56,257 nt of DNA from Chthonomonadales bacterium (GTDB taxonomy: Bacteria; Armatimonadota; Chthonomonadetes; Chthonomonadales; CAJBBX01): assembly GCA_049967475.1 (NCBI GenBank), contig JBMFSQ010000014.1:1-56257 (forward strand), read 5' to 3'. Shown here piece by piece: positions 17,078 through 28,636 of the stretch; the stretch's first letter is position 1, and each line of letters starts with the position of its first letter. The translations under genes were made by a program, and so were the position numbers. A model generated the notes under the pieces. The model did no database searches. It was given only the letters and a program-made list of their open reading frames with translations, and was not told where the DNA came from.

Positions 17078-20000
17078 ATGATGTCAAGAACCATCCGAAG
17101 TGCCTTCGGCCCGGCGCGCAGGGCCATCGTTGTGGCGGGAGTTTCCGCGCTCCTTGGGCTCTGTTGGTCCATGTGGGTTTGGCCGCAACGCATCCCTCCT
17201 GCCGGATCCACGGCGCGCCGCACGGCCGCACCCCGCCATCGAAGCAATCCCGCCATCCAAGCGAAGAGGATCGCCTTCATCCGGCCCAGGGGGCGCGCTC
17301 CCGAAAGTGAATGGGCGTACTTCCGGCTGTCCTTCTCTTTGCGGAGTGCTCCTACTTTGGCCCGCCTCACCTTGTGGTGCGCCTCGCTATGCCGCGTGTA
17401 CGTAAACGGGTATCGGGCATGGGCGGGAGATGCCGCCGAGCCCCAGGTTCTGTACATCACGCATCGGCTTGCCCAGGGAGCCAACGTACTGGCAATCGCG
17501 TGCCGCACTTTGCCTTCTTGGAATGGGTTGGCGTTCGATCTGCGGCTGAGGGATGGAGAAGGCCGCATTCATCATCTTGTGTCCGGCCGGAGTGTGCGGG
17601 CATCCGGGCGCTTCTTCCAGCGATGGCAGCAGCCTGACTTTGACGACAGCGCCTGGCTCCGCGCAACGGTCGAGCGCGTGGCGGAGGAGCGGGCCGCGCC
17701 GCGTCCGATTACGGTGCGGGGGCCGTCCCTCACGACTGGGCCGGCTTCCACCGCCCTGCACCGTGCCGAAGAAGCGCGTTCACGCGCCGTTCCCGCACCT
17801 CTGGAGCCGGTGGACTATGGCCGCATCATCCGGGTATGGAACCTTGGGCGCGGGAGCCTTGGCGATCTCTATACGCGTGAGCGCCTTCCCGGTGAGCGGA
17901 TGCTCCTCACCACAAGCGTCGGGTCCCAGGCAGAGATGGCTGCAGCGATCTCCGCGGGCTTTACGCTCTTCCAGACGGATAGCGACCACCTTTCAACGGA
18001 ACAGGTAGCTCCTGGAGTGTGGGACTACCACCGGCCGGATGGCGACTTGATGCGTGTGAACCATCTGGGTATGGATTGGTGCTACTTCCCCCACTTTGCT
18101 TTTCCGCCCAAGTGGTACCGTGATGCCGTTCCCTTTACCCGCATTACATGCATGGAGCACAACAAGCCCGTTCAGGCGTTTTCGCCATGGGAGCCCAAGT
18201 TCGCCACGTCTGTGTCCGTCGGATACAGGGAGCTGGCGAAGCACTACGCCTCATTCAAGCATGGCCCCCGTGCGCTCTACCTTGGCGTGCACGGAGATTA
18301 TGGGGAGTGCGGATTGCTCATGGGCGCCCGAATCGCCTCTCCGGAACAGCGGCAGGACTGGCTGAAGCGCTTCGGGGATCTGCATGATCATCTGGGATGG
18401 TGGTGTGCGGATCCGCTTGCTGTGGCAGCCTTTCGCACCGCCATGTTGCGCAAGTATGGAGATTTGGACGTGCTCAACGCGGCGTGGCACACCCGCTTCC
18501 GCACTCCCGACGAAATCACATATCCTGCGGATCCTCACGCTCGTTCGCGCAGGGCGTGGCTCGATTTTGCGCACTGGTACCTAGACAGTGTGAGCGCCCT
18601 TACGGATCTTGTGTGCCGCGTGGCGAGGAGCCGCTTCCCCAATACGTTGCTGATGCTCCCCGTGGGCTTCGGCGATGAGAACCCCAGGGGAGGCAACGAT
18701 AACAGCATGATCCCCAAGATCGCGGCCCGTTATAAGGTGGATGTACGCTCGACGCACGGCGGCTTCAAACCCTTCCCCCAAAACCAAGCCTCTATGTTGG
18801 GCCGCATCGCCACTGCATGTCGCTTCTATGGAGTGCCGTTTTGGACCGAGCCGCCCAGCGCCATCACTCCCGAGGGCGAATTGGGCCGCATCTTCGAGGC
18901 TGTGTCCGAAGGGAGCAAGGGCTTTTTCGACTGGGGCGCCAATGTACTGAGGAACCGCGACGTGTACTACCGCTACGGCAAGTACTTAAGGGTAGAGAAG
19001 CCCATCGTAGATGTGGCGATGTTCTATCCCACTACGACGCATCTTCTCCAGCCGGACATTGGGTACCCGCAGATGCTTCAACAAGGCGCCGCCGCTCTTA
19101 GGGACGTGCTCAATTTCGACACCGTAGATGAACGCCTCATCCAGGATGGTGCCCTGGATCGGTACCGCATCTTGGTTCTTTGGGAGGGCACCGTAGTCGA
19201 GGCGTCCACGCTGGAGAAGATCCGCGATTGGGTAACTCGGGGCGGCGTGTTGGTTGCCTACGACTTCGGCAAGATCGAGACGGTGGAAGGTGACAGGCGG
19301 TGGTTCATGGATCTGTTCGGCTATGCCGGCAAGTTGAACCCGGCAGTCGCCGGGCGCCGTTACGTGAGCCCATCGGGAGATGCCGCTCCTCAGCGCTACC
19401 GCGTAAGCGTGGGGCAACCCTCGGCTGCACCGTTCCTCAGCGGGGAATGGTACGATCCGGAAGCAAGCGGAGGCTCCGTCCGGAGGTGGACTGGCGAAAG
19501 CGCAGAACTGATTGTCCCGGCGACCCCTGGATCCTCCTGTATGCTCGAGATCCGTGCTTCGTTCCCCGAGGAGGCCGCATCCTTGAAGCACGAGGTGTTG
19601 GTCAACGGTGTGGCCGTAGGAGTGCTCAACGAGCCGGGTGAGCATACGTACCGCTTCGAGATCCCGCCCAATTTGTTGAAGAGTGACACAGCCGTCATCA
19701 CGCTCCGGAGTGACACCTTCGTTCCTGCCGATCTGATGCCCCAGAGCAGCGACCGCAGGAAGCTCGGAGTGTGGGTGACGTATGTGCAGGTAGAACCCGC
19801 CGGGAGCGCAGAGGCTTCACCCGCTGAACCGCTCACCGGCCACATCGAAGCTGTGATTGACTTTCGGCGTTTGCGGACGGAATGGGCCCGGCCCTACGGC
19901 AAAGGCTGGACTGTTTATTATCCGGCCACGCGTCGCAGCATTCAGGGGTTCTATGAAGTGGTGCGTTATCTCACCTACCACCTGTCCGACCTGGATCCTA

Positions 20001-20659
20001 CGAAGCACGACGCCCTCCCGGTTGACGACGCATGGGATGGTGTTTACGGAACCCTTCTGAGCACGGGGATGCTCTACTACAATCCTACGATGCAAACGGT
20101 GACGCGAAACATCGTGCTGCCGCCGGCTGCATTTGAGGGCTATCCGGACGTGGAGAAGCCGGATCGCTTCAATTTCACCGTGACGCTCGATCCCCAATCC
20201 ATCACGTTTGTGCCCTTTAAAGCGCCGGTCCAGGAACTGCTTCTACAGTGTGAGAAGTTCACACAATTGGGGAACCTGCATCCCGAGACGGGGCGGGAAT
20301 TCAGCCCTCCCGACGCTCCCAACGCCGTGCATATTCCGGCGGGAGCGGAAGTGGGCACGCGCTTCCAGTGCGAAGTGCCGGGTAGGTATGCGGTGTTTTA
20401 CCGGGTACTCCACCGCGGGATTCTAGCCCGCGCCGAAGTGTCGGTGGATGGCGTTCGTCTCCGTCCGTCTCCGCCTAGCGCAGGTCCTCATGCGCGGGCT
20501 GCCACGGAAGAAGCCGGATGGGTAACGCTGGCGGCAGGGATCCATTCCCTAACCGTGAAGGCACCTCGCAACGAGGATGTGGATGCCGACTTCGTGATCC
20601 TCTGCACGGATCCTGCCGTTTCCGGATACGCCTTCGCGCCTGCACTGCCTGCCCCGTAA
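17078..20659 (+). CDS. Large membrane-anchored multidomain glycoside hydrolase-like protein (GH42/GH14-like barrel plus beta-sandwich domains)
   Basis: N-terminal hydrophobic anchor, VYVNG galactose-binding-like module, [12 protein letters not shown] (GH42-like), FWTEP and a trimerisation-like region. Confidence 0.65.
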   Translation: MMSRTIRSAFGPARRAIVVAGVSALLGLCWSMWVWPQRIPPAGSTARRTAAPRHRSNPAIQAKRIAFIRPRGRAPESEWAYFRLSFSLRSAPTLARLTLWCASLCRVYVNGYRAWAGDAAEPQVLYITHRLAQGANVLAIACRTLPSWNGLAFDLRLRDGEGRIHHLVSGRSVRASGRFFQRWQQPDFDDSAWLRATVERVAEERAAPRPITVRGPSLTTGPASTALHRAEEARSRAVPAPLEPVDYGRIIRVWNLGRGSLGDLYTRERLPGERMLLTTSVGSQAEMAAAISAGFTLFQTDSDHLSTEQVAPGVWDYHRPDGDLMRVNHLGMDWCYFPHFAFPPKWYRDAVPFTRITCMEHNKPVQAFSPWEPKFATSVSVGYRELAKHYASFKHGPRALYLGVHGDYGECGLLMGARIASPEQRQDWLKRFGDLHDHLGWWCADPLAVAAFRTAMLRKYGDLDVLNAAWHTRFRTPDEITYPADPHARSRRAWLDFAHWYLDSVSALTDLVCRVARSRFPNTLLMLPVGFGDENPRGGNDNSMIPKIAARYKVDVRSTHGGFKPFPQNQASMLGRIATACRFYGVPFWTEPPSAITPEGELGRIFEAVSEGSKGFFDWGANVLRNRDVYYRYGKYLRVEKPIVDVAMFYPTTTHLLQPDIGYPQMLQQGAAALRDVLNFDTVDERLIQDGALDRYRILVLWEGTVVEASTLEKIRDWVTRGGVLVAYDFGKIETVEGDRRWFMDLFGYAGKLNPAVAGRRYVSPSGDAAPQRYRVSVGQPSAAPFLSGEWYDPEASGGSVRRWTGESAELIVPATPGSSCMLEIRASFPEEAASLKHEVLVNGVAVGVLNEPGEHTYRFEIPPNLLKSDTAVITLRSDTFVPADLMPQSSDRRKLGVWVTYVQVEPAGSAEASPAEPLTGHIEAVIDFRRLRTEWARPYGKGWTVYYPATRRSIQGFYEVVRYLTYHLSDLDPTKHDALPVDDAWDGVYGTLLSTGMLYYNPTMQTVTRNIVLPPAAFEGYPDVEKPDRFNFTVTLDPQSITFVPFKAPVQELLLQCEKFTQLGNLHPETGREFSPPDAPNAVHIPAGAEVGTRFQCEVPGRYAVFYRVLHRGILARAEVSVDGVRLRPSPPSAGPHARAATEEAGWVTLAAGIHSLTVKAPRNEDVDADFVILCTDPAVSGYAFAPALPAP

Positions 20660-20814
20660 GAAGCTGGATGCGGCAGGAAGGGAGATGCCGCGCATCCGAG
20701 GCTTTAGCGCCAACCGCTCAATTGACCTGCGCGAGACGGGAACACGGCGGAAGTTCTGAGGGTATAGGAATAGTGGAAGCACGAGATCCCGCGTACGTAG
20801 AGGAGGTGAACGTC

Positions 20815-21360
20815 ATGGCAACGTTGCTCGTACGTTCTGACCGGGCATCTACGCTCAGTCCCTGGCGCTTGCTGGATGAGGTGGAGCGGCAGATGTGGGA
20901 TTGGATGACCACACCCTTCGGCTTCACGCCACTCAGCAGGCTTTGGGACCGTGAGGTGGAGTATGTGCCGCCGGTAGACCTGTACGAAACGGCGGACGAT
21001 GTGTTGGTGACGGCCAGCCTTCCCGGGATTGACCGCTCGAAGGTGAACATCGAGTACCGCGAGGGTACCGTAACGGTAAGCGGCGAGCAGCGGGCTCCGA
21101 TGCCGGAGAGCGACCAAGTGACTGCGCATTACACTGCCATTCCACGTTACGGCCGGTTCTCGTTCTCGTTCACGCTTCCGTGTGAAGTGGAGAGCGAGAA
21201 GGCCGAGGCGCATTACGAGGATGGCATTCTGCGCATCCGCTTCCCCAAGGCGGCGCATGCCAAGGCAGTGCGCATCCCGGTGACGGTGGCACCTGCACTC
21301 GAAGGAAAATCCCGCAAGAAGATCGAAGCAGGCGCCAAGGAGGAGGAGCAAGCCCAATAA
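20815..21360 (+). CDS. Hsp20/alpha-crystallin small heat-shock protein
   Basis: PPVDLYET, LPG and AHYEDGILRI motifs. AGGAGGT RBS. Confidence 0.93.
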   Translation: MATLLVRSDRASTLSPWRLLDEVERQMWDWMTTPFGFTPLSRLWDREVEYVPPVDLYETADDVLVTASLPGIDRSKVNIEYREGTVTVSGEQRAPMPESDQVTAHYTAIPRYGRFSFSFTLPCEVESEKAEAHYEDGILRIRFPKAAHAKAVRIPVTVAPALEGKSRKKIEAGAKEEEQAQ

Positions 21361-21387
21361 GATAGTATTCCATGGGGTTCGGAAACG

Positions 21388-21417
21388 AGAGGCCGAGCTG
21401 CGTGCAGCTCGGCCTCT
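21388..21417. terminator. Hairpin between convergent genes (probably bidirectional)
   Basis: Stem AGAGGCCGAGCTG / CAGCTCGGCCTCT. Confidence 0.65.
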
Positions 21418-21430
21418 TGCGTTCCGGATC

Positions 21431-22756
21431 CTAGAGGGCGTATCCGTTATGGTAGATGGGCTTGATGATGTGGGCAACCTCAGGAGCGTTGAGGGCGCGC
21501 AGGTTCTTGGGATCCCACTCGATCTTCTTGCCGTCGGCCCAAACCGCCAGATTCCCAAGCAGGATCGTCTCTGTGAGCGGTCCGGCGTAATCCGGGAAGT
21601 TGCTCATGGCGGGTTTGCCTTCCTTGATGGCGCGGATAAACTCCTCAAAGTGGCCCGGAGATTCCGGATAACTTACGTCCGGCAGATCGGTGGCATAGAT
21701 GAAGCGGCCGCCCCCGCCGTAATCGCCAGGGGTGTACAGCTTGTCTTTGTCACCGATAATGAGCGATCCGCTATCCGAAATCTTGCCGTCCACCACCAGG
21801 TCGCTAAAGCGGCCGCCCGTAAAGAGATCTATGGGCGGGAGCTTTCCGCCGTCGTACCAAGTCATCTTGACGGCAGGGCGGTTGTGCGTGGCGGGGAACT
21901 GGAAGTGGATGATGGACCACTTCGGGAAGCTCTCTTTGTTGTTGCCCGAGGTTTCCGCTACCACCGACACGGGGTTGCGCAGGTCCAGCGCCATGAACGG
22001 TAGGTTCACGGTGTGGCAGGCCATGTCGCCCAGGGCCCCGCTGCCGAAATCCCAGAAGCCCCGCCAAGCAAAGGGATGGTACCCGTTGGCGTACGGACGC
22101 GTGGGGGCGCCTCCGATCCATTCTTTCCAGTGGACGTTGGGCGGGCAGGGGGCTTCAGGGGGACGCGGGATGCCTTGCGGCCAAATCGGGCGGTTCGTCC
22201 AAACGTGCACTTCGGTAACTTTGCCCAGAACACCGGCGCGCACCAAATAGGCATTCTTGCGCATGCTGCTATCGGCTGTACCTTGGTTGCCCATTTGGGT
22301 CGCCACCTTCATGCGGCGCGCGATGTTGGCCAGTTGGCGCGCTTCCCAAATCGTTCGGGTTAGCGGCTTTTGCGTGAAGCAGTGTTTGCCAAGGTGCATG
22401 GCGTGGGCCGACGCCAAGGCATGGTGATGGTCGGGAGTGCTCACGGTCACCGCATCTATGCTTTTGCCGATCTCATCGAACATCTTGCGGTAGTCGTGAT
22501 ACACCTTGGCATTGGGGTACTTCTTGAGCGCATTTGCGATCGTGTTGTCGTCTATATCGCAGATGGCTACGATGTTGCCGAAGCGGGCGGCGTCGGCAGT
22601 GTCGCTATCCCCCTTTCCACCCACACCGATGCACGCAAAGTTGATGCGCTCGTTGGGGGATTGGCCCTTGGCCCAGGCTTTGCCGCCCACGATGATGGTG
22701 ATGCCCCCGTATGCGGCGGACCTCAGAAAGTCGCGGCGGCTCTGTTTGGAACTCAT
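21431..22756 (-). CDS. Tat-exported Gfo/Idh/MocA oxidoreductase
   Basis: SRRDFLR Tat motif, IGVGGKG, STPDHHH, QKPLT and GDMACH. Confidence 0.92.
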   Translation of the reverse strand: MSSKQSRRDFLRSAAYGGITIIVGGKAWAKGQSPNERINFACIGVGGKGDSDTADAARFGNIVAICDIDDNTIANALKKYPNAKVYHDYRKMFDEIGKSIDAVTVSTPDHHHALASAHAMHLGKHCFTQKPLTRTIWEARQLANIARRMKVATQMGNQGTADSSMRKNAYLVRAGVLGKVTEVHVWTNRPIWPQGIPRPPEAPCPPNVHWKEWIGGAPTRPYANGYHPFAWRGFWDFGSGALGDMACHTVNLPFMALDLRNPVSVVAETSGNNKESFPKWSIIHFQFPATHNRPAVKMTWYDGGKLPPIDLFTGGRFSDLVVDGKISDSGSLIIGDKDKLYTPGDYGGGGRFIYATDLPDVSYPESPGHFEEFIRAIKEGKPAMSNFPDYAGPLTETILLGNLAVWADGKKIEWDPKNLRALNAPEVAHIIKPIYHNGYAL

Positions 22757-23022
22757 AGGTTCACCTCTCTCGAACATACGTGCCGCAGGCGCCTCGGACT
22801 TCTAGAGTACGCGCAACGCGTCTCTTCGGCTTCGCTGAAAAAACAGAGGGCACGAGGTTCTTGTTCATCCTTGGCGCCTGGGTGGTCAGTTGCAATAAGG
22901 TGTTTCTGCGCCCCCCTTCATAATTCCTACCCGCAGTCACCATGGATCTGCCGGGGAGTGTATACTTTGGACAACCGTTGCCCCGTGGCTGCGGGCGTTC
23001 GGGGCGCCGAAAGGCAGCATTC

Positions 23023-24390
23023 ATGACGACGGAACACCAGACGGATCCTCCATCCCACAGCCCCGGTTCCCAGGTTGGAGCGGGCGATGCCGGCACGGTG
23101 CGCGCGGCCTACGAGGTGCTTCGAGGTACTGCAAGGCGTGGGTTAATTCGGCGCATCCTCCCGTTTCTGGGGCCGGCCTTCATCGCTGCAGTGGCCTATG
23201 TGGATCCGGGGAACTTTGCTACCAACATCCAAGGCGGCGCACAATACGGCTACCTACTGCTATGGGTGATTGTGGCAAGCAATCTCATGGCAATGCTCAT
23301 CCAGTCGCTCTCCGCCAAGTTGGGCATTGCTACAGGCCGGAACCTGGCCGAGCTGGTGCGGGAGCATTATCCGCGGTGGGCCGTGGTGCTGATGTGGCTT
23401 CTGATGGAAGTCGTGGCCATGGCTACAGACCTGGCGGAGTTCTTGGGCGCAGCCGTAGGCTTTCAGCTCCTTTTTCGAATGCCTCTGATTTGGGGAGGCA
23501 TCGCCACAGGGGTGGTAACGTTTGTGATCCTGGGGTTGGAGCGGCGGGGCTTTCGGCCGCTGGAGGCGGTTATCTCGGCTCTGGTGGGCGTCATAGCGGC
23601 GGCGTATGTGGTGGAAACGTTCATGGAGCGGGGAAGCCTTGATTACGCCGCTATTCTGCGGAGTTCCGTAATTCCTCGGCTGGAGGGAGGCGGAAGCGTT
23701 GTTTTGGCAGCAGGCATCCTAGGCGCCACCGTGATGCCCCACGTGATCTTCCTGCACTCGGCGCTGACGCAGGGACGCATCGTGACGAAGGATCCGTTAC
23801 TCCTGCGGAGGCTCTTCCGTTATGAGTTGCTGGACGTAGGCCTCGCCATGGGCATCGCAGGGTGCGTGAATATGGCGATGCTCATCATGGCCGCAGCTAC
23901 GTTCCACCATGCGGGATTGCGCGATGTGGGCACACTCGAAGAGGCTTACAAGACGCTTGCGCCGCTCTTGGGATCCGCGGCGAGTTGGATCTTTGCCACT
24001 GCGCTGCTGGCTTCGGGACTTTCCTCTTCAGCCGTAGGAACTCTAGCAGGGCAGGTGATCATGCAGGGCTTCGTGCACAGGCAGATACCGGTGTGGATGC
24101 GCCGCGCATTGACCATGCTGCCTTCGCTGTTCGTCATCGCCCGAGGGTACAGCCCCACCGACGTGCTCGTATACAGCCAGGTGGTGCTCAGCTTCGGGAT
24201 CCCCTTTGCTCTGCTGCCCTTGCTCGGCTTCACGCGCAGGGCCGAAGTGATGGGCGTTCTGGCCAATCACTCCATAACCACGCTGGTAACCGCCATAGTG
24301 GCTGCTGTGATCATCGGCTTGAATTGCTACCTACTCTACGCGCCGGTGATGAGCCTGGTGCATTCCTTTGTTGCCGGAGGAGCGAGATGA
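23023..24390 (+). CDS. mntH: NRAMP divalent metal transporter
   Basis: YVDPGN and GATVMPH signature motifs. Confidence 0.95.
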   Translation: MTTEHQTDPPSHSPGSQVGAGDAGTVRAAYEVLRGTARRGLIRRILPFLGPAFIAAVAYVDPGNFATNIQGGAQYGYLLLWVIVASNLMAMLIQSLSAKLGIATGRNLAELVREHYPRWAVVLMWLLMEVVAMATDLAEFLGAAVGFQLLFRMPLIWGGIATGVVTFVILGLERRGFRPLEAVISALVGVIAAAYVVETFMERGSLDYAAILRSSVIPRLEGGGSVVLAAGILGATVMPHVIFLHSALTQGRIVTKDPLLLRRLFRYELLDVGLAMGIAGCVNMAMLIMAAATFHHAGLRDVGTLEEAYKTLAPLLGSAASWIFATALLASGLSSSAVGTLAGQVIMQGFVHRQIPVWMRRALTMLPSLFVIARGYSPTDVLVYSQVVLSFGIPFALLPLLGFTRRAEVMGVLANHSITTLVTAIVAAVIIGLNCYLLYAPVMSLVHSFVAGGAR

Positions 24391-25376
24391 GGCGCTCTCC
24401 AACAAAACAACTTGAACAAAACCCTGCTTCAACCAAGGGACGCCAGCCAAATGGGGCACCCGCGCCGCGCCTGGAGAGGCTCTTGGTGCCGCTGGACGGT
24501 TCTCGTTTGGCCGAAGTCGTGCTCCCCGCCGCAATCTCTATTGCTCTACGCTTCCGCTGTACCGTTACCCTCCTGCATGTACTGGAACAACGCCCGCCGG
24601 CAACCGTACATGGAGACCGCCATCTGATGGATGCCGCCGGCGCAAAGTCCTATCTGGAGGAAGTCGGAGCGCACATGCAGGCCCAAGGCGTTTCAGTGGA
24701 ATGGCATGTGCACGACAATCCCGAGGGCGATGTAGCTGCCGCGATTGTGCGCCATTCAGAGGAATTCCATCCGGACTTGGTGGTGCTGGGAGCCCACGGG
24801 CGCGGCGGCTTGCGGGACCTGCTGTTCGGGTCCATCGCCATGCAAGTCCTTCGGAAAGGCGCAAGGCCGGTTCTGCTCATCCAGCCCTTGCCGGATGGCT
24901 CGGCACCGCAGTTCCAGTTACGCCGCATCCTGGTGCCTCTGGATGCCCGGCATCCCCACGGGGAGGTAGTAGCGCTGGCTGTTAAGCTGGCTGGGGGCTT
25001 CCATGCTGCCATCCACCTGGTGTTCGTAGTGCCGACCCTGGAGACGCTGCCTAAAGAGCGCGCGGCAGCGGCTACGCTTCTACCGGCCACCATGCGCGCG
25101 ATGTTGAGCCTCGATTGCGAGATTGCTCACGAGTACTTGGAGTGGGTGGCTGCCGATGCACGGAAAAGCGGCTGCGCCGTGAGCGTAGAGGTTCTGCGCG
25201 GGGACACGGTTCCCGAGATTGTAGGCATCGCGGAACGCATGGATGCGGATTTGGTGGCGATGAGCGGCCACGGGCGATCGAAGCTGGATGCCATGTTCTG
25301 GGGAGGGGTAGCCAGCCGCGTGAGCACGCGCACCGGCCGCCCCTTGCTGTTCGTGCCCGTTGGGCCGGAGGACTGA
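24387..25376 (+). CDS. Tandem-domain universal stress protein
   Basis: LLVPLDGS..GAHGRGG..GS repeated twice. ATGA overlap with mntH. Confidence 0.9.
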   Translation: MRRSPTKQLEQNPASTKGRQPNGAPAPRLERLLVPLDGSRLAEVVLPAAISIALRFRCTVTLLHVLEQRPPATVHGDRHLMDAAGAKSYLEEVGAHMQAQGVSVEWHVHDNPEGDVAAAIVRHSEEFHPDLVVLGAHGRGGLRDLLFGSIAMQVLRKGARPVLLIQPLPDGSAPQFQLRRILVPLDARHPHGEVVALAVKLAGGFHAAIHLVFVVPTLETLPKERAAAATLLPATMRAMLSLDCEIAHEYLEWVAADARKSGCAVSVEVLRGDTVPEIVGIAERMDADLVAMSGHGRSKLDAMFWGGVASRVSTRTGRPLLFVPVGPED

Positions 25377-25395
25377 AGATGGTCGGAGCCGCTCT

Positions 25396-27261
25396 ATGGC
25401 TTTGAGGATGTGGGCGCAGGAGCCCGACGCTTCGTGGAGGCCGCGGCCGGACACGCCCGCCCGCATCAGGAGGATTTTCAGGCCCTATCGGTTGCAGCTT
25501 ATCTTGACGGGCTGTGCAGTAGTGCTCTCGGCGGGCCTTGGCCTCCTAACCCCTTTCTTCCTGCGGATCATCATAAACCAGGGTCTCCTGGGCCGGCGGA
25601 TGGATGTCATCACCCGCTTCAGCCTATACACCCTTGCCTCAACGTTGGGGAGCGCCTTCTTCTCGATCCTTTATGGGTATCTCAGCGTGGTGGTGGGCCA
25701 GAACATCATGCGGGATCTGCGGGATCAGCTTTATGAGCACCTTCAGGGCATGTCGCTTCGCTTCTTCACGGTTACGCGAACCGGTGAGATACAATCGCGC
25801 CTGGCAAACGACGTTGGGGGCGTGCAGAGCGTTGTGACGGACACGGCTGCCAACATCCTCTCCAATACCACCACGGTTCTCTCCACCCTGGCAGCTATGG
25901 TCTACATGGATTGGAGGCTGACGCTGCTCTCCGTGGGCGTGCTTCCCCTCTTCGCTCTGCTGGGTTCCCGCATCGGTGCCTATGCCAGGCGCTATCGGAG
26001 CAAGGCCCAGGCGGAGCTGGCGGATCTCAACGCCACTATGCAACAAACGCTGTCCGTGTCCGGCATGCTCCTCACGAAGACGAGCGGCCGCCGGGATCGG
26101 GCGGTCGAGCGCTTCCGGCGTGAGAACGACGCCTACACCCGCACGCAAATCATGATGGCTATGATCATGCGGGCTTTTTTCAACTTGGTGGGCCTCAGCT
26201 TCTCACTCACGCCGATCCTCGTGTACTGGCTGGCCGGTTGGCTCATATTAGGTCGGGGCGACCGACACTTGACGTTGGGTGCCATCGTTGCCTTCACTGC
26301 GCTCCAAAGTCGCCTCTTCTTCCCTCTCACGAGCCTGCTGAACATTCAGGTGGATGTGACGAGCGCCATGGCATGCTTCGATCGGATCTTTGAATACCTG
26401 GATCTGAACCAAGAGATCACCGACGCGCCCGATGCTGTAAATCTGGCCCCAAACGAGGTTCGAGGAGAGGTGGTATTTGAGCACGTGACGTTCCGCTACG
26501 ACGATGCTCACGAACGCCCAGCGCTGCAGGACGTGTCCTTCCGGGCCGAAGCCGGGAGTTTGGTAGCCCTTGTTGGGCACTCCGGAGCCGGTAAGACTAC
26601 CTTGGCCTATCTGATCCCGCGGCTTTATGACGTGTCTTCCGGGAGAGTTCTGATTGATGGGCACGATGTGCGCAAGATCAAGCTCGAGTGCCTGGGCCGG
26701 CTCGTGGGCGTTGTGACACAGGAGACGTACCTAGTACACGACACCATCCGCGAGAACCTTCGCTACGGAAAGCCGGATGCCACCGACGAAGAGTTGGAGG
26801 CTGCTGCCCGAGCCGCGGCTATTCATGACCATATTCTGGCTTTGCCGGCGGGCTATGACACGATCGTAGGCGAACGGGGTTACAAACTTTCGGGTGGAGA
26901 GAAGCAGCGCATCGCCATCGCCCGTGCGATCCTCAAGAACCCCCGCATCCTGATACTCGATGAAGCCACTTCTTCCTTGGACACTGAGGTCGAGCGCGCC
27001 ATCCAATCCTCTCTGGAGCAGCTTATGGCGGGGAGGACCACCTTCGCCATTGCCCACCGCCTCTCTACCATTCTGCGGGCGGATCAGATCCTGGTGCTGG
27101 AGGAAGGGCAGATAATCGAGCGAGGCACCCATGAGGAGCTGCTTCTCCTCAATGGTGTGTATGCCCGCCTCTATGCGGCGCAGTTTGTAGACCCCCGCGA
27201 GGGCGATAGGAACGGGTTCCGGCCCGTGCCTGGAAACCGGGACTATTCTAGACCCGCTTAG
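25396..27261 (+). CDS. ABC exporter, fused TMD-NBD (MsbA-like family)
   Basis: GHSGAGKT, LSGGEKQR and ILDEATSSLD. Confidence 0.95.
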   Translation: MALRMWAQEPDASWRPRPDTPARIRRIFRPYRLQLILTGCAVVLSAGLGLLTPFFLRIIINQGLLGRRMDVITRFSLYTLASTLGSAFFSILYGYLSVVVGQNIMRDLRDQLYEHLQGMSLRFFTVTRTGEIQSRLANDVGGVQSVVTDTAANILSNTTTVLSTLAAMVYMDWRLTLLSVGVLPLFALLGSRIGAYARRYRSKAQAELADLNATMQQTLSVSGMLLTKTSGRRDRAVERFRRENDAYTRTQIMMAMIMRAFFNLVGLSFSLTPILVYWLAGWLILGRGDRHLTLGAIVAFTALQSRLFFPLTSLLNIQVDVTSAMACFDRIFEYLDLNQEITDAPDAVNLAPNEVRGEVVFEHVTFRYDDAHERPALQDVSFRAEAGSLVALVGHSGAGKTTLAYLIPRLYDVSSGRVLIDGHDVRKIKLECLGRLVGVVTQETYLVHDTIRENLRYGKPDATDEELEAAARAAAIHDHILALPAGYDTIVGERGYKLSGGEKQRIAIARAILKNPRILILDEATSSLDTEVERAIQSSLEQLMAGRTTFAIAHRLSTILRADQILVLEEGQIIERGTHEELLLLNGVYARLYAAQFVDPREGDRNGFRPVPGNRDYSRPA

Positions 27262-28510
27262 CGCGTCCGTGCGGACGGGGCAGAATGAACACTGCCAGCG
27301 TGCCTCTTTCGGCGCCGACGTAGAAGCGCAGGCGGGCTCGGGGCCCATGGCGCAGCATCAGATGTTGATTGATGATCTGCAACGCGTGGTCGGGCGCGTC
27401 GTGGATCTCAAACGCCTCCCGACGGGCCGAGGGCTCCATGCCGCGGCCCGTGTCCATTACCGCAACGAGCACGTGGCGGGGGTAGGTACGCACCGCGATG
27501 CGCACCGTGCCTTTTCCGCTTTCGGCTGCTACGCCGTGGTTGATGGCGTTTTCGGCCAGGGCCTGTATAGCGAACGGTGGGACCCAGGTGTCTTCCGGAG
27601 GGAGATGAAGATCCCATTCCACGCGAAGCTTGTCGCCGAAGCGCTCCTTTTCGATGGCGACATAGGTCTCCACTGCCGAGATCTCTTCAGGGAGGGGTGA
27701 CGCAGTGTCCGATGCGCTGCGGAGGACGCGCCGCATGAGGTCGCTAAGGCGCAAGATGGCTTCACGGGCGCGTTCGGGCCCTGCATTGGAGCGCCGCTCA
27801 TCGCAGAGTGCTGCGATGGCATTGAGGGTGTTGAAGAGGAAATGGGGATGGAGGCGCGCCCGGAGGGCTGTTAGTTGCGCGCGTGCTGCCAGGGCTCGAG
27901 CCTGTTCGGCTTCGATGCGGTGGCGCTCACTGCGCGCCCGGATGCGGGCATCCGTTACAATCATCTGGAGAAGCATCACCCCGAAGCCGTTCGCGCACGT
28001 ACTGATGAGGATCTGCCAAACCCCGTACGGTGTATACATGGGCTCTTGCAAGCCATTGCGAAGTACAAGAGCGAGCGACTGAACGAGCATACCGGCCAGC
28101 ATCCCGCCTACAATTGGGTGCGGCTCGATGAGGATGTTACGGGTAATGGACCCAATGATGGCAGCCAGCAGCGATGCGGCTGCGATGCCCGTTGCCAGAG
28201 ACGCGGGTTGCAGAGCGAAGGCTCCGGCCGACACGATCGCGGCTGCCGTGAAGCTTACAGGCGGGTTCCACGCCACGGCCGCGAAGGTAACGAGCAGGGT
28301 ATGGGCAGAATAGGGGAAGCGCGCGCCGGGCGACACGGCCTCCGTAAGCCCCAGGGCGCCCATTACAATTCCCAATAGTAGTTCATCCTTGAGGCCGAGG
28401 CGCCTCTCGAAGAGGCGTATCAAGGTACGGCCACGGGTAAGGAGGTACGCGAGGGCGATGAGGAGGCCGGTGTCTTCAATAAACGTCCGGATGCCGTGAG
28501 ACGGTGCCAT
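27248..28510 (-). CDS. LytS/YehU-family sensor histidine kinase
   Basis: 5TM-LYT-like N-terminus, LHPHFLFNTLN, ENAINHG and DTGRG. Confidence 0.92.
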   Translation of the reverse strand: MAPSHGIRTFIEDTGLLIALAYLLTRGRTLIRLFERRLGLKDELLLGIVMGALGLTEAVSPGARFPYSAHTLLVTFAAVAWNPPVSFTAAAIVSAGAFALQPASLATGIAAASLLAAIIGSITRNILIEPHPIVGGMLAGMLVQSLALVLRNGLQEPMYTPYGVWQILISTCANGFGVMLLQMIVTDARIRARSERHRIEAEQARALAARAQLTALRARLHPHFLFNTLNAIAALCDERRSNAGPERAREAILRLSDLMRRVLRSASDTASPLPEEISAVETYVAIEKERFGDKLRVEWDLHLPPEDTWVPPFAIQALAENAINHGVAAESGKGTVRIAVRTYPRHVLVAVMDTGRGMEPSARREAFEIHDAPDHALQIINQHLMLRHGPRARLRFYVGAERGTLAVFILPRPHGRAKRV

Positions 28511-28636
28511 GGTGCCAAATCGGCCAGGCGCAGTAGACACGGGCCGGGCGCCGACGCGAGAGGGAGGGCATTGTGCCACGCCGGCGAACCCAGCCCGGTG
28601 TCCAGTGCGGAAGCAGGTACAGGGATGGTGAAAGGC

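Noticed and set aside
20660..20814. CIRCE/HAIR heat-shock operator before hsp20
   Set aside because: TTAGCGC has no matching inverted half-site.
22860..23022. Mn-sensing yybP-ykoY riboswitch or MntR box before mntH
   Set aside because: Only a GGGGAGT fragment is present and the rest of the consensus is not evident.
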